From an uncultured virus (IMG/VR IMGVR_UViG_3300018878_000142) (lineage: Duplodnaviria; Heunggongvirae; Uroviricota; Caudoviricetes): 20,000 nucleotides of DNA. Numbering within the stretch: the stretch's first letter is position 1; each line of letters begins with the position of its first letter. Below, in pieces: positions 1-9,830 of the stretch. The DNA lies in IMG/VR virus record IMGVR_UViG_3300018878_000142; one strand, 5' to 3'. A program made the position numbers and the translations under genes. Below the pieces are notes generated by a model that was not told the origin of the DNA, ran no database searches, and was given only the letters and a program-made list of their open reading frames with translations.

Positions 1-2
1 AT

Positions 3-158
3 CAAACAGTTTACGAGTTAGAGCAATCAATACCAACTAATGTTTTAAGATATCTTCCAGGAATTGGCTTTGGGCTAAACTTGCGTGAGCTAAGATAGTT
101 ACTCATTGATTTAAATGATAAGATTACGCGCCTTATACAAACAAATTTAATAAGGTAA
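3..158 (+). CDS. 3' end of a gene running in from the left edge; likely paralogue of the 6342 and 6958 proteins
   Basis: Frame 3 reads QTVYELEQSIPTNVLRYLPGIGFGLNLRELR(TAG 96)LLIDLNDKITRLIQTNLIR then TAA. It resembles the C-termini 'IPYVGYGYNESAIKKII' (6342) and 'VNGIGYATNLDEIVKY' (6958). A terminator-like hairpin follows. Confidence 0.7.
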
Positions 159-164
159 AAATGT

Positions 165-204
165 GGACATGAGAAATTAAAAATTTATCTCATGTCCTTT
201 TATT
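165..204 (+). terminator. Intrinsic terminator-like hairpin
   Basis: GGACATGAGA (165-174) pairs with TCTCATGTCC (188-197), followed by TTTTATT, just after the TAA at 156-158. Confidence 0.75.
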
Positions 205-217
205 ATGTAAAATGTGC

Positions 218-229
218 GCTAAATTATTT
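218..229 (+). promoter_or_regulatory. Conserved intergenic motif GCTAAATTATTT, copy 1 (putative late promoter)
   Basis: Same motif in all five long intergenic gaps; starts 37 nt before ATG 255. Confidence 0.7.
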
Positions 230-254
230 GTGCAATAAAATTTTGGAGAATATT

Positions 255-995
255 ATGAAATTATTGAAAGAAGAATTTGAAATACATGAAACATTAAATA
301 AAAAACTATTTGACGAAGATCATATTCTCCGCAAAGATGTAAGAAATACCTTAATGAAAATAGCTGACATGTTTGTAGGATCTATGCAAGAAGATCAAGT
401 ACCACTAAAAGTATATGATTATTGGTTGGTGGGTTCTAATGCAGCTTATAATTATACACCAACTTCAGATATAGATATACACATTATAGTTGATATGGAT
501 ATGGGTGTCAATCCTTATATTCTTAGACTTCTTTATGATTATATCAAGAGCAGCTTTAATGATAAATATGATATTAAAGTAAAAGGCCACGAAGTAGAAC
601 TATACTTAGAAGATATAAATACTAGCGCAGTGACTAATGGTATATATTCTCTAAAACAAAATAAATGGATTAAAGTTCCTATTCAAGAAGAGCCTAAGAA
701 AATAAATATAGAAGATTCTCAATTATATAAAGATGCATACAAAAAATATCAAGAATTAAAAGATGATGAAATCGAAAAATTTATAGATGATATGTATGTT
801 ATGAGAAAAATAAGTTTAGCTAATGATGGTGAGTTTGGCGAAGGTAATTTAGTTTTCAAAGAATTCAGAAATAAAGGCTATCTTGATGATTTAAAAGATA
901 GAAAATACGCTTATAAGAGTAAAGAATTAACTTTAGAGAAATTAGCTATTTCTTCTGCTACGCTTGATGGTGAGGAGACATGTAATGGATTTTAA
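255..995 (+). CDS. DNA polymerase beta-superfamily nucleotidyltransferase (246 aa)
   Basis: hGS...DxD signature 'LVGSNAAYNYTPTSDIDIHII' and a third acidic residue in 'EVELY'. Start moved from 192 to ATG 255 because GGAG lies at 245-248 and the upstream extension overlaps a terminator and the promoter motif. No internal TAG. Confidence 0.85.
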   Translation: MKLLKEEFEIHETLNKKLFDEDHILRKDVRNTLMKIADMFVGSMQEDQVPLKVYDYWLVGSNAAYNYTPTSDIDIHIIVDMDMGVNPYILRLLYDYIKSSFNDKYDIKVKGHEVELYLEDINTSAVTNGIYSLKQNKWIKVPIQEEPKKINIEDSQLYKDAYKKYQELKDDEIEKFIDDMYVMRKISLANDGEFGEGNLVFKEFRNKGYLDDLKDRKYAYKSKELTLEKLAISSATLDGEETCNGF

Positions 996-1620
996 TAAAA
1001 TATTAAATGATTAGAAAGCTATTGATGCATTAGATCGAGAAAATTGGAGTATATTTTTTAATCAAATTAATTCTTTAGACTTATCGAGAGAAGATTTTTA
1101 TGAAATACTTAAATTGATAGCATCTGAAGCATCCGATCAACTTTGTAATTGGGTTAACAATCTTAAAATCACAGTAACTAATTAGGATATCACATTTATT
1201 AGATCACATTGGTCTTATGGAATTGAAATTACAGATATAACTATTTCCCATAAACTTAAATGGTTAACTTTTTTACATTCGGTTATGTTTTCCAACACAA
1301 GGTTTGGAGGATGGGCGGATAAGGATACTCGGGAAAAAATTCAAGGATTCTTTGACAAGAAATCCTTAGGAGATCCTTGTTCTGGAAATGGAGAGTTTTA
1401 GTCTATTTATTTATATGTTGAAATTCCTCTTGATAATTACTACAATCAAGTAGAATATTAGATACGGCTTTCAGAGCGGTATTACTTTAATGGATCATCT
1501 CTATGCGGAGTTCCTAAACATCTTTTAAGTGATGTTATTAATCAGATTAATAAAAAAGTAGATAATTTAATAACTAAATTAATTGAAAAAATAAATCAAA
1601 TTAAATATGAAAATAATTGA
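985..1620 (+). CDS. Hypothetical protein with shared N-terminal module (211 aa, 4 in-frame TAG); absent from ORF track
   Basis: GAGGAG upstream, ATG 985, TAG at 1012, 1183, 1399 and 1459, TGA at 1618-1620. Begins MDFNKILNDQKAIDALDRENWSIFF and fills the gap between its neighbours. Confidence 0.85.
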
Positions 1621-1632
1621 AGGTAATTAATC

Positions 1633-2172
1633 ATGACTCTCGAACAGGCATTTGAAAATGATGAATTTAATTTAGCTCTAGATACTCATGATTTTCCTAA
1701 AGCATTTTCTTTTTTGGGTTATACGGATGCGGATGAAGAAAGAGAAAAGTTATTTTTACTAATTTAGGAAGAAGGTTTAAATCCTTTATCCGGATTTACT
1801 ATAATTCCTAAGCAGTTTTTAAAAACATGTTCAAAAATAATTGAGATCGAAATACCGAATAGCGTAACATTAATAGATTCAAGGGCATTCTGGTGTTGTC
1901 GAAGCCTGACAAGTGTAGTTATCCCTGACGCTGTAATAGAGATAAGTGATCAAGCGTTCTCTGAGTGTAATAAGTTAGAAGATGTAGTAATCCCTGATAG
2001 TGTAAAAATTATAGGTAGTGGAGCGTTCAAAAGTTGCTATAGGTTAGAAAGCATTAAGTATAATGGAACTAGAGAGCAGTGGAGAAATATATCCCACAGA
2101 GGTTCTATGTTCGGATATTCTAGTGAAGGTTGGAGTAAAATAATCTGCACAGATGGGGTTATTGAATTATGA
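1633..2172 (+). CDS. BspA/TpLRR-type leucine-rich repeat protein (179 aa, TAG at 1765); absent from ORF track
   Basis: Three 23-aa repeats IEIPNSVTLIDSRAFWCCRSLTS / VVIPDAVIEISDQAFSECNKLED / VVIPDSVKIIGSGAFKSCYRLES, then a cap 'IKYNGTREQW...IICTDGVIEL'. Ends in an ATGA overlap with the next gene. Confidence 0.92.
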
Positions 2173-2855
2173 CATTAGAACAATTTATAGATAAATATTT
2201 TAATTATATAGATAACTTAAAATTTAAAGACTTACATAAGCAGTTAGTAGACTCAGAAGATATTTTTAAGTTAGAAGATAATGTAATTGAAAATCTGAAC
2301 AAACTATTAATAGAAGAAGTTGGAATTGGCTTATTGTACGAAGCAGAAGAAGACTCTAATTATGTTATTATAAAGAATCAATATTGCGAAGATTTATGTA
2401 CACGAAATAACAGCCCGTTTGTTTATAAATATACAAACAGAATAGATAAGAGCAGAAGTACTTTAGCTTTGTTTAATGATCTAATTGATTCTGATATTCA
2501 TACATTGTTCGATTATATTGTAGATTCTGATAATGATAAAATTAATGTATCTGACGCTAGAAGCATATTAGGTGATTATTCCAAAACCAAATCTTTAGAA
2601 TTATCTATGGATTACAGTGGTGGATTATTTTAGATAGTCTTGAGTTTTCTTTTTACATATGACGATTATGGAAATTTTAATCCTAGTATAACAAATAACA
2701 TCTGCTTTATTATTAATTTACCGCAAAGTTTCGGTTACAGTTTTAGTAAAAGTTACTACGACTCGGCTGAAAATACTTATGCTATAAATGATACAGCGAT
2801 TGATACTTTAATAAAAGAGATAGATAAAAGAGTTTTAGGAGCACTAAATAAATGA
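2169..2855 (+). CDS. Hypothetical protein with shared N-terminal module (228 aa, TAG at 2631)
   Basis: Track ORFs 2169-2633 and 2640-2855 are in the same frame, joined by TAG ATA GTC. ATGA overlaps at both ends. Confidence 0.85.
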
Positions 2856-3409
2856 AATTAGTAAATTGTTTTAATAATGATACATTTATTGCGAATTTAG
2901 ACGCTCACAATATAGGTACATGCTTCTTCATAGTTGATATAGAAGATAGATATAAATTCTTTTCTCTTTTATTAGAAGATTCTGAAACTTCTGAAGAAGT
3001 TAAACAATGGCTTATCGATAATATCCATGAAGCAGATATATCAATGTTAAATACTACCCCAGATTGGCAGCATGAGTATTCTATAATTGATAGGAAAGTT
3101 ATTAAGACTGTAAATATATTAATTTCACTTAATTATGCTTTATTGAAAAATTATAAAGAAGTTGCTGATTATAAAATAGTAGATGGCAAAGTTTTTGATA
3201 CACCAATAGATAATATAACATTATCGATAGATGATCTAAATGTACCAGATCGCTTAACTGCATGTCTTTTTGGAAAAGATTTTATATATTGTGAGTTTGC
3301 AGATGTGGTAACAATAGATATACATAATATGACAGATGATGATTTCTAGATAGAGTGTGTTAATTTTTTGAATACGTTTATTAAAGTTTTAGCTGCTGGA
3401 TTATTTTAA
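2852..3409 (+). CDS. Hypothetical protein with shared N-terminal module (185 aa, TAG at 3347)
   Basis: Reading through TAG adds QIECVNFLNTFIKVLAAGLF up to TAA 3407-3409, 14 nt before the next ATG. Confidence 0.8.
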
Positions 3410-3423
3410 GGGTATGATGACAT

Positions 3424-3837
3424 ATGAAATTTAAACTAGTAGAAAAATTTACAATAGAAGCGTGGCAAATAAAAGATGATGTTGTGATAAAAGGGACACT
3501 TTTTAAAGCTAATATTGAGTTAAATAATTAGCAATTCTTTTCATTCGATCAACCTGATGGAAAAGTTTATTGGATAAAAGGGTTAGATAATTGCTGCATA
3601 ATATTTAAAGCTATCACACCTACTATTAATCCTGGCTTTATACATCAAGAATTTGAAAGAGAAATCCAAAAATATAAACCTATAACAGAAGCTAGTTTTA
3701 CAGCATATGTAGATGCTAGAGGTGAGTTTGCTATTGAATTAGATTCTATTTTACATAATAAAGAATTTAAGTCTTTTGCTAGAGACTTGAAATTAACTAT
3801 AGAAGATTATTATATATAGCCGGATGATGATTATTGA
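3424..3837 (+). CDS. Hypothetical protein (137 aa, TAG at 3529 and 3817); absent from ORF track
   Basis: ATG 3424 MKFKLVEKFTIEAWQIK... open to TGA 3835-3837 when TAG is sense; short N-terminal leader ending LVE. Confidence 0.8.
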
Positions 3838-3855
3838 TGCAAAAGGAAATTATAG

Positions 3856-4863
3856 ATGAAATTATTAGAAAAAATAGATTTAGATTCTTTAATAGATTAG
3901 AATATACATCTTATAGATACTGGTGATTTTGAAAAATTTTATGATATATGTAAAGCATAGCTTAAGCGAAAAGATTTAATTCTTCTTACAGATTTATTAG
4001 CAGAAGAAGGTATCGAATTACCATATTCTATTACAGGGTTTTTGTATGGAGTAAAAACATCAAGTCATACTTTAGCTTTAAGAGCACTTATTAGTCCAAC
4101 AATGTATAATGTAGGTTTCACATCAAATCAAGGTATGAAAGGTGGACATCAGATTGGCTTTGAGTCAAGAAAAGCTGCTTAGAATTATATAGATAACAAT
4201 TTTGGTTCTGCTAGAGTATCGATAATTCTTCCAGAGACTGTTGCAGGTTATAATTGGAAATAGATAGAAATTCCAGGCAGCATAGCATTTGCAACAACAT
4301 CAGCTATAAATTCTTTCGAACCATATATGGATCCAGATCAAAAGAAAATAAGCAGATTAAAAAATAGATATACTAATGAAATAAATAAACTTGAAAAAGA
4401 AATCACAGCACCTGAGGAAACAGAAGATGTAAGAAATTTAACTGCTGATAAAAATACAGCTATCGCAGAAGAAATGTTAGAAAAATTAAGAAAATATGTT
4501 GAGAATACTCCGGAAGAATATTTTGTAGATCCAACCCCTGTGCGTCGTGAATTGTCTTTACTAGATGTTAAATATTTAATATCATATTGCATATCTGTCT
4601 TCCGTGATGATATACGCATTAGTTTATATATAGAATTTAATTCTGATAAATTTGCTAAAAAATTCGAGTCAGGACTTAAAAAAGTCTTTCTAGATAGCAT
4701 TTATTCGATTGAGTTTAGACGAGAGTTTGTAAATGCTAACAAATACTGGATAAGAATATCAACCCCATACCTTATAGACTCGACATCACCAGAAGCGCTT
4801 GCTATAATAGATAAGAAAACTAAAAAAGTAGAGTTGCTAAAACAAAAATTAGCAGCTATATAA
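3856..4863 (+). CDS. Hypothetical protein with shared N-terminal module and coiled-coil segment (335 aa, 4 TAG)
   Basis: AAGGA upstream, ATG 3856, TAG at 3898, 3958, 4180 and 4261; continuous with track ORF 4327-4863. Confidence 0.85.
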
Positions 4864-4883
4864 TATGAGAAGGAAAAATAACA

Positions 4884-6257
4884 ATGGCGGATAAAAATAT
4901 TAATGTTATTTTATTAAATAGACATGATACCGATGATAACTGGGCTAATTCTAAATATCAACCTAGAAATGGTGAAATCATTGTTTATGATAATTCAGGT
5001 AGGCTAAAAGTTGGTAATGGGAGTGCTACTCCAGATCAGCTTCCATTCCTTGATAAAAACTATTATTTGACATTGAATGGTAATAGACTTATTTTTTCTA
5101 ATGATGGGGTTGGTGCTGTAGCAACCGATATAACATTACCAGATAATGATACTCTTTATTATGCTAAAGCAAACGGTGGCTTAGTCTTAGATTCTGATAC
5201 AAAAGAATTTAGTCTAGGTAATAGCGGTGTAATAGCAGGAACTTATGAGCCTGACTCAACAAAACGAACACCACAGCCTGGTGGAATATTTACTGTACCT
5301 AGATTTGTTGTAGATAGTCATGGTAGAATTACAGAAGCTGGAACTGTTGATATAACTCTTCCTATAGATAATGACTCAAAAGCATCTTCTGGAGATACTT
5401 CTGAGAAAATATATCTCATAGGTACAGCTGAACGCTCAGAAAGTGGTCGAATAACTTACTCATATGAAAATGCTTATGTGCAAGATGGTTATGTTTACAG
5501 TGGTGGTAAAAAGGTTTTAACAGAAGAAACTACTTTAAGTAAGGGAACTGATTCTACTAGTACTGATGAGATCGGTCCTAGTGATTCATTTACTGCTGTT
5601 GAAAGTGTTGCTGTAGATAATCATAAAATAACTGAAACAAAAAAGACTTATACAATTAAGCCGGAAACTCAATTAAGCAAAGGTACTGCAGCAGAAACAG
5701 ATGGATCAACTTTAACTTTTGGTGGTGATTTAAGTGTTATGGATAACACAACTGTTTCTAATCACATTATTACTGATCATAAAGTAAAATATAAATTACC
5801 TAGTGAAACAGCTATAAGTACTTCTGATGCTACTGGAACCGCAGAAACGCCTGCTCATGGTGATTCTATTACTGTAGTCACAAATGTATCGAAAGGCACT
5901 GGTAGCCATAATATATCTGTTGAGAAAACTAGTATAACATTACCTACAGCACCAGGTGTCGCAGTTTCTGATAGTACTGCTGGAACATAGACACCAAAAC
6001 ATGGTGGAACTTTTACAGCTATAAGTGAAATAACAGCTGATGGTCATGGTATAAAGAAAAAGACAACAACTTATACACTTCCAACAGAGACAACAGTAAC
6101 TATTAGCACAGCTAAAGCTGGTACAGCTACAGAGTTAACTCATGGAAACACTTTTGAAGCTATAACTGGAATAGAAGCATCTGGACATACTGTAACACCA
6201 ATTGTTACTACTTTCACGCTCCCATCAGGTGTAGACGATGGTGAGTTAACAGAATAA
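4884..6257 (+). CDS. Tail fibre / receptor-binding-like protein with Mtd_N-like N-terminus and tandem ~45-aa repeats (457 aa, TAG at 5988)
   Basis: N-terminus 'RHDTDDNW...GEIIVYDNSGRLKVGNG...LPF' fits the major-tropism-determinant N-terminal pattern. Thr/Ser/Gly-rich repeats ending mostly in LP continue past the TAG to TAA 6255-6257. Confidence 0.8.
5526..6224 (+). repeat. Five tandem degenerate ~45-48-codon protein repeats in the fibre gene
   Basis: Units roughly ET.(L/I)S....T......G..(F/L/I)T........H.I......(Y/I/F).LP, each with a conserved His. A related unit lies upstream (GGIFTVPRFVVDSHGRITEAGTVDITLP). Confidence 0.8.
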
Positions 6258-6286
6258 CTAAACATAAAATTAAATAATTAAAATAA

Positions 6287-6323
6287 TAACCTCTAGATAA
6301 TAAGCTAAATTATTTAGAGGTTA
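6287..6323 (+). promoter_or_regulatory. Inverted repeat containing motif copy 2 (GCTAAATTATTT at 6304-6315)
   Basis: TAACCTCTAGATAA pairs with TTATTTAGAGGTTA, followed by CTTTT. The motif starts 38 nt before ATG 6342. May serve as both terminator and promoter. Confidence 0.7.
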
Positions 6324-6341
6324 CTTTTATGGGGGTATATT

Positions 6342-6953
6342 ATGAATAAAGCAGAAGCTGAAATATTGGAAAATTATCTTAAAGATGCTAAGTATTGCGA
6401 AGCTTTAGACAATAAGAAATATGGTAGATTATTCTAGTTAACTGACGAAGAAGACTTGCATTTACTTATTGAGCTTCTAGAAGCTGAGAATGAGGATATT
6501 CCAGAAGAATCTATTTCTGATTTATTTTCTGATTATAAAGATTTTATGTTAGACCGTAAATATAGCTGGGATGTATATTTTGATTTATTTATGGGTTTTC
6601 CTTATGAGCAGCAATATGATTTGAGAGATTATGATATTTCAAGAAATCTTTTAGATGATATAGCAAAAAGTCTGCACGAAGATAGAGTTTTCGATAATGT
6701 AATTAATCATGCTGATAACTCAGATATCCCATATATAATGTCTATTTCAGCTAGAATAGTTGAAAACGATGATTTAATTATTTACTGCTATGTTATAAGC
6801 GAAACAGGCGAAGATTTAGTAGAATTAAAACGTGCTTTACCTACTTATAAATATTTCAAAGGTATACCATATGTAGGCTATGGTTATAATGAGTCAGCTA
6901 TAAAGAAAATTATAGAAGCGGTGTTTACTAAAGTAGGAAGATATTTGGGGTAA
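6342..6953 (+). CDS. Hypothetical protein with shared N-terminal module (203 aa, TAG at 6435)
   Basis: GGGGGT upstream, ATG 6342 MNKAEAEILENYLKDAKYCEALDNKKYGRLFQLTD..., in frame with the track ORF at 6456. Tandem paralogue of 6958. Confidence 0.87.
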
Positions 6954-6957
6954 TCTT

Positions 6958-7596
6958 ATGCAATTAACTGATAAACAAAAAGAAGTATTAAATAGATACC
7001 TCACAAAAGATGATTGGGTAAAAGCTTTAGATAGCAGAGATTATTCTGAGTTATTAAAATTAACAGCTACATATCATATAAATCTAGTAGCTTAGATGCT
7101 AGAAGAGCTAGAGTCACCAATACCTAGAGATGAGATAAGAAAATTATTTGTTGGCTTTACTGGGGTACATTTTGAGCCAGAATATGATAATATTGAGTAT
7201 GCTGATATTTTAGTAGATGATACTAAGAGAAGAATTAAAGTTAAAATTCCTAAAGCAAAGCTAGAGAAAAATATTGATAAGTTAGTTAGAAGAAATATAA
7301 TTGCTTATTATTCTTTTGCGTATGAAGATTCTCTAGATTATGTTGAAAATAAATATTTAGATGATATATGCACTGTTGTTAGTTATGTTTATGTAACAAT
7401 AGGTGGTGATCTAGAATTTCATTTCGATTTAATAGATTCTAATGGTATAACACATGCTACTTTGCAAGATGAACATCCAGCAGCACCTTTCTTTATTGGT
7501 GTAAATGGAATTGGCTACGCTACAAACTTAGATGAAATAGTAAAATATGCGGAAAAGCTTTTTAAAGATTGTTTAAAAGTACTTTTGGAGGATTAA
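6958..7596 (+). CDS. Hypothetical protein, tandem paralogue of 6342 (212 aa, TAG at 7093)
   Basis: ATG 4 nt after the previous stop; MQLTDKQKEVLNRYLTKDDWVKALDSRDYSELL...AQMLEELESPIP aligns by eye with the 6342 protein at both ends. Confidence 0.87.
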
Positions 7597-7597
7597 T

Positions 7598-9817
7598 ATG
7601 GTTGATATAATTAAAGCTGTTAAAGAAAAATTTAATGCTTCTAATTATCCAGTATCAGGACCTACATATATTCTTCCCGATGGATCATTTTTAGATATAG
7701 CTGGAACTTTTGATCCTAAAAATAGTTTTGAAGATTTTCCATGTCATGCTGAAGTAGAAGGTTTTCTTTTAGATATTGGCTTATCTAATCAAGTAGTAGA
7801 TGTATCAGGTAGCCCTACTTTAGAAAGCTTAGGTGCTATAAGATGTAATGACTTAGCGGATAATAATTTTGTTCAATTAAGCAATATAAGACCCACTTCT
7901 GATTAGTATGAAAGTTTGGAAAATTGGATATATGAAAATGCTACGCATAGAAGCGAGCTTATAGTAGCTACACCTGAATTTATTCAATATAAAAAATATG
8001 ATCCAGAAGATGTTGAGTACATTATCAAAAGAATAAAAAGATACTATACATCAGGTACTTTATATGAGAGTAAATGTAGCATATCTTATAAAGATATTTC
8101 AGACCTCGATCGCTATAAAAAATCTGCAAATGAGATTCTTGGCGGTTGGGGTAGCCAATCTGATAATGGAATATTAGATAATACTAAAGAAATATATGTA
8201 GATGATAAATTAGTTGGTTACATAAGTTTCGAAGAATTTGATGATATCGAGGGTTATAATAAAGCATTAGGTTTCGGCAACTTTATGATTTTAGATAGAG
8301 GTAAAGGTTACGGAACATAGGTTTTAAAAGATTTAATCCAAAGATATAGAGATACTTTTGATCTTATTTATTGTTTTGTAAATTCTGATAATTATGATGC
8401 TATAAAACTTTATAAAAAATTAGGTAAAGTGTATGATGAAGATGGGCCTAATGATGATAATCAATATTATGTAACTTTTTGGGATAATAAATATATGTCA
8501 ATTAATGAAAATGTGTCAATAAAAGAAGCTAAAAAGAAAAAGAAGAAGAAAAAAGCTTTAGGCTGGTGGCAAACTTTTACACCTGATGCTGGTAATGTAC
8601 TGTTTAATAATGCGTTTTTCAATCATGCAATGGGAAACACAACAACAGATGAGTTTGTTGCAGAGGCTGGCGAAGCTTTAGCTGGTGATTGTGGCGCTGG
8701 TTTAGGTGAGTCCTTACAAAAAGAAACATATTTTAGAGTAGAAGTTTTCCATGATGGTAAACATATAGGTGGATTATTTAGAGGCTTAAATGATCTAATA
8801 AATGATTTGTACGAAGCAGATGACCCATATTATGATTACTTAAATGATCCATTAAGCGAGTTAGAATATAAAACAACATTTCCAAAAAATTTCGATAATA
8901 AAGATGCTATCTTCGCATATAAAGAAGATAAGTATGAAGAATTAGAAGAAACAATTTTAGATTTACAATACGCATTAAATGAAATTGGTTGGGATATAAA
9001 AATTAAAGAAATATCTAGACCAAAAAATATTGTATATGAAGATAATGAGCAGATAGCTTATATTCTTGAAAATATAGATGAAAAAGATAAGGTAACAGAA
9101 AATATGCATAAAGAAGTATTTAGATTTTATGGAAAAGATAAGCAAGGTGATGATATAGAATATAAAATCGATGGCGTATCTTTTACAGATGCTATTGAGG
9201 TATTTATTAGAATGTATCCTGATGTAGAGGATTGGGATGTAGAAACTTTAAAAGAAGATGTTGATTTTAATAATGTGCAATGGGGTGTACATCAATTCTC
9301 TACTGAGTCTATTATATTTAGAGGCACTCAAGAAGAATGTCAAAGATATATCGATGATAGACCAGAATTATGGGATGATGCAGAAGTTTATTTTATGACA
9401 CCAGATGATCCACATTATATTAAATCAGAAGAAAAACAACCTTTGATAGAAGCTGGAGAAGAAAAAGTCTATCAAGTAATTGTTAAATATAAAGATGAGC
9501 CAGCTCAAAAGTTAGAAGCTAGAATCGCAAAAAACAGAAAAGATCTTGAGTATCAATTAAGTACAGACCCAGACGTAGAATGGTATGATTTTGATGAGAA
9601 GCAATTTAACGAAGATAAAGATGAAAAACAAATTTGTTGCATCTGTGGAAAAGAATATGATGGTTATGGAAATAATGCTGAACCTGTAAAGGCTGGTAGA
9701 TGCTGCGATGATTGCAACATTAATCAAGTAATTCCTGCTAGATTATTAAAGATAAATGTTTCTGAAAATAAGTCAATGACAGAAATTTTCCAAAATCTAA
9801 GCAAAATTAAAAAATAA
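7598..9817 (+). CDS. Multidomain protein (739 aa, TAG at 7904 and 8318): YILPDG module, GNAT acetyltransferase, Lys8 tract, small acidic modules, Cys4 zinc module
   Basis: Three track ORFs are one frame. GNAT motif A 'RGKGYGT(TAG)VLKDL' and motif B 'VNSDNYDAIKLYKKLG'; C-terminal 'CCICG...GRCCDDCN'; GGAGG upstream. Confidence 0.88.
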
Positions 9818-9830
9818 CTGAGAGGTTAAC

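Noticed and set aside
192..254. ORF-track start at ATG 192
   Set aside because: It lies inside the terminator stem, spans the promoter motif and has no SD; ATG 255 has GGAG.
1575..1584. Partial motif matches (CTAAATTA) inside genes, also near 15867 and 19917
   Set aside because: They lack the leading G and following T, lie within coding sequence, and are expected by chance in AT-rich DNA.
3414..3434. Alternative start ATGATG at 3414
   Set aside because: That frame closes at TAA after six codons; the open frame starts at 3424.
4884..6257. Diversity-generating retroelement suggested by the Mtd_N-like domain
   Set aside because: No reverse transcriptase, no near-identical template/variable repeat pair differing at adenines, and no C-type lectin-like tip seen in this window.
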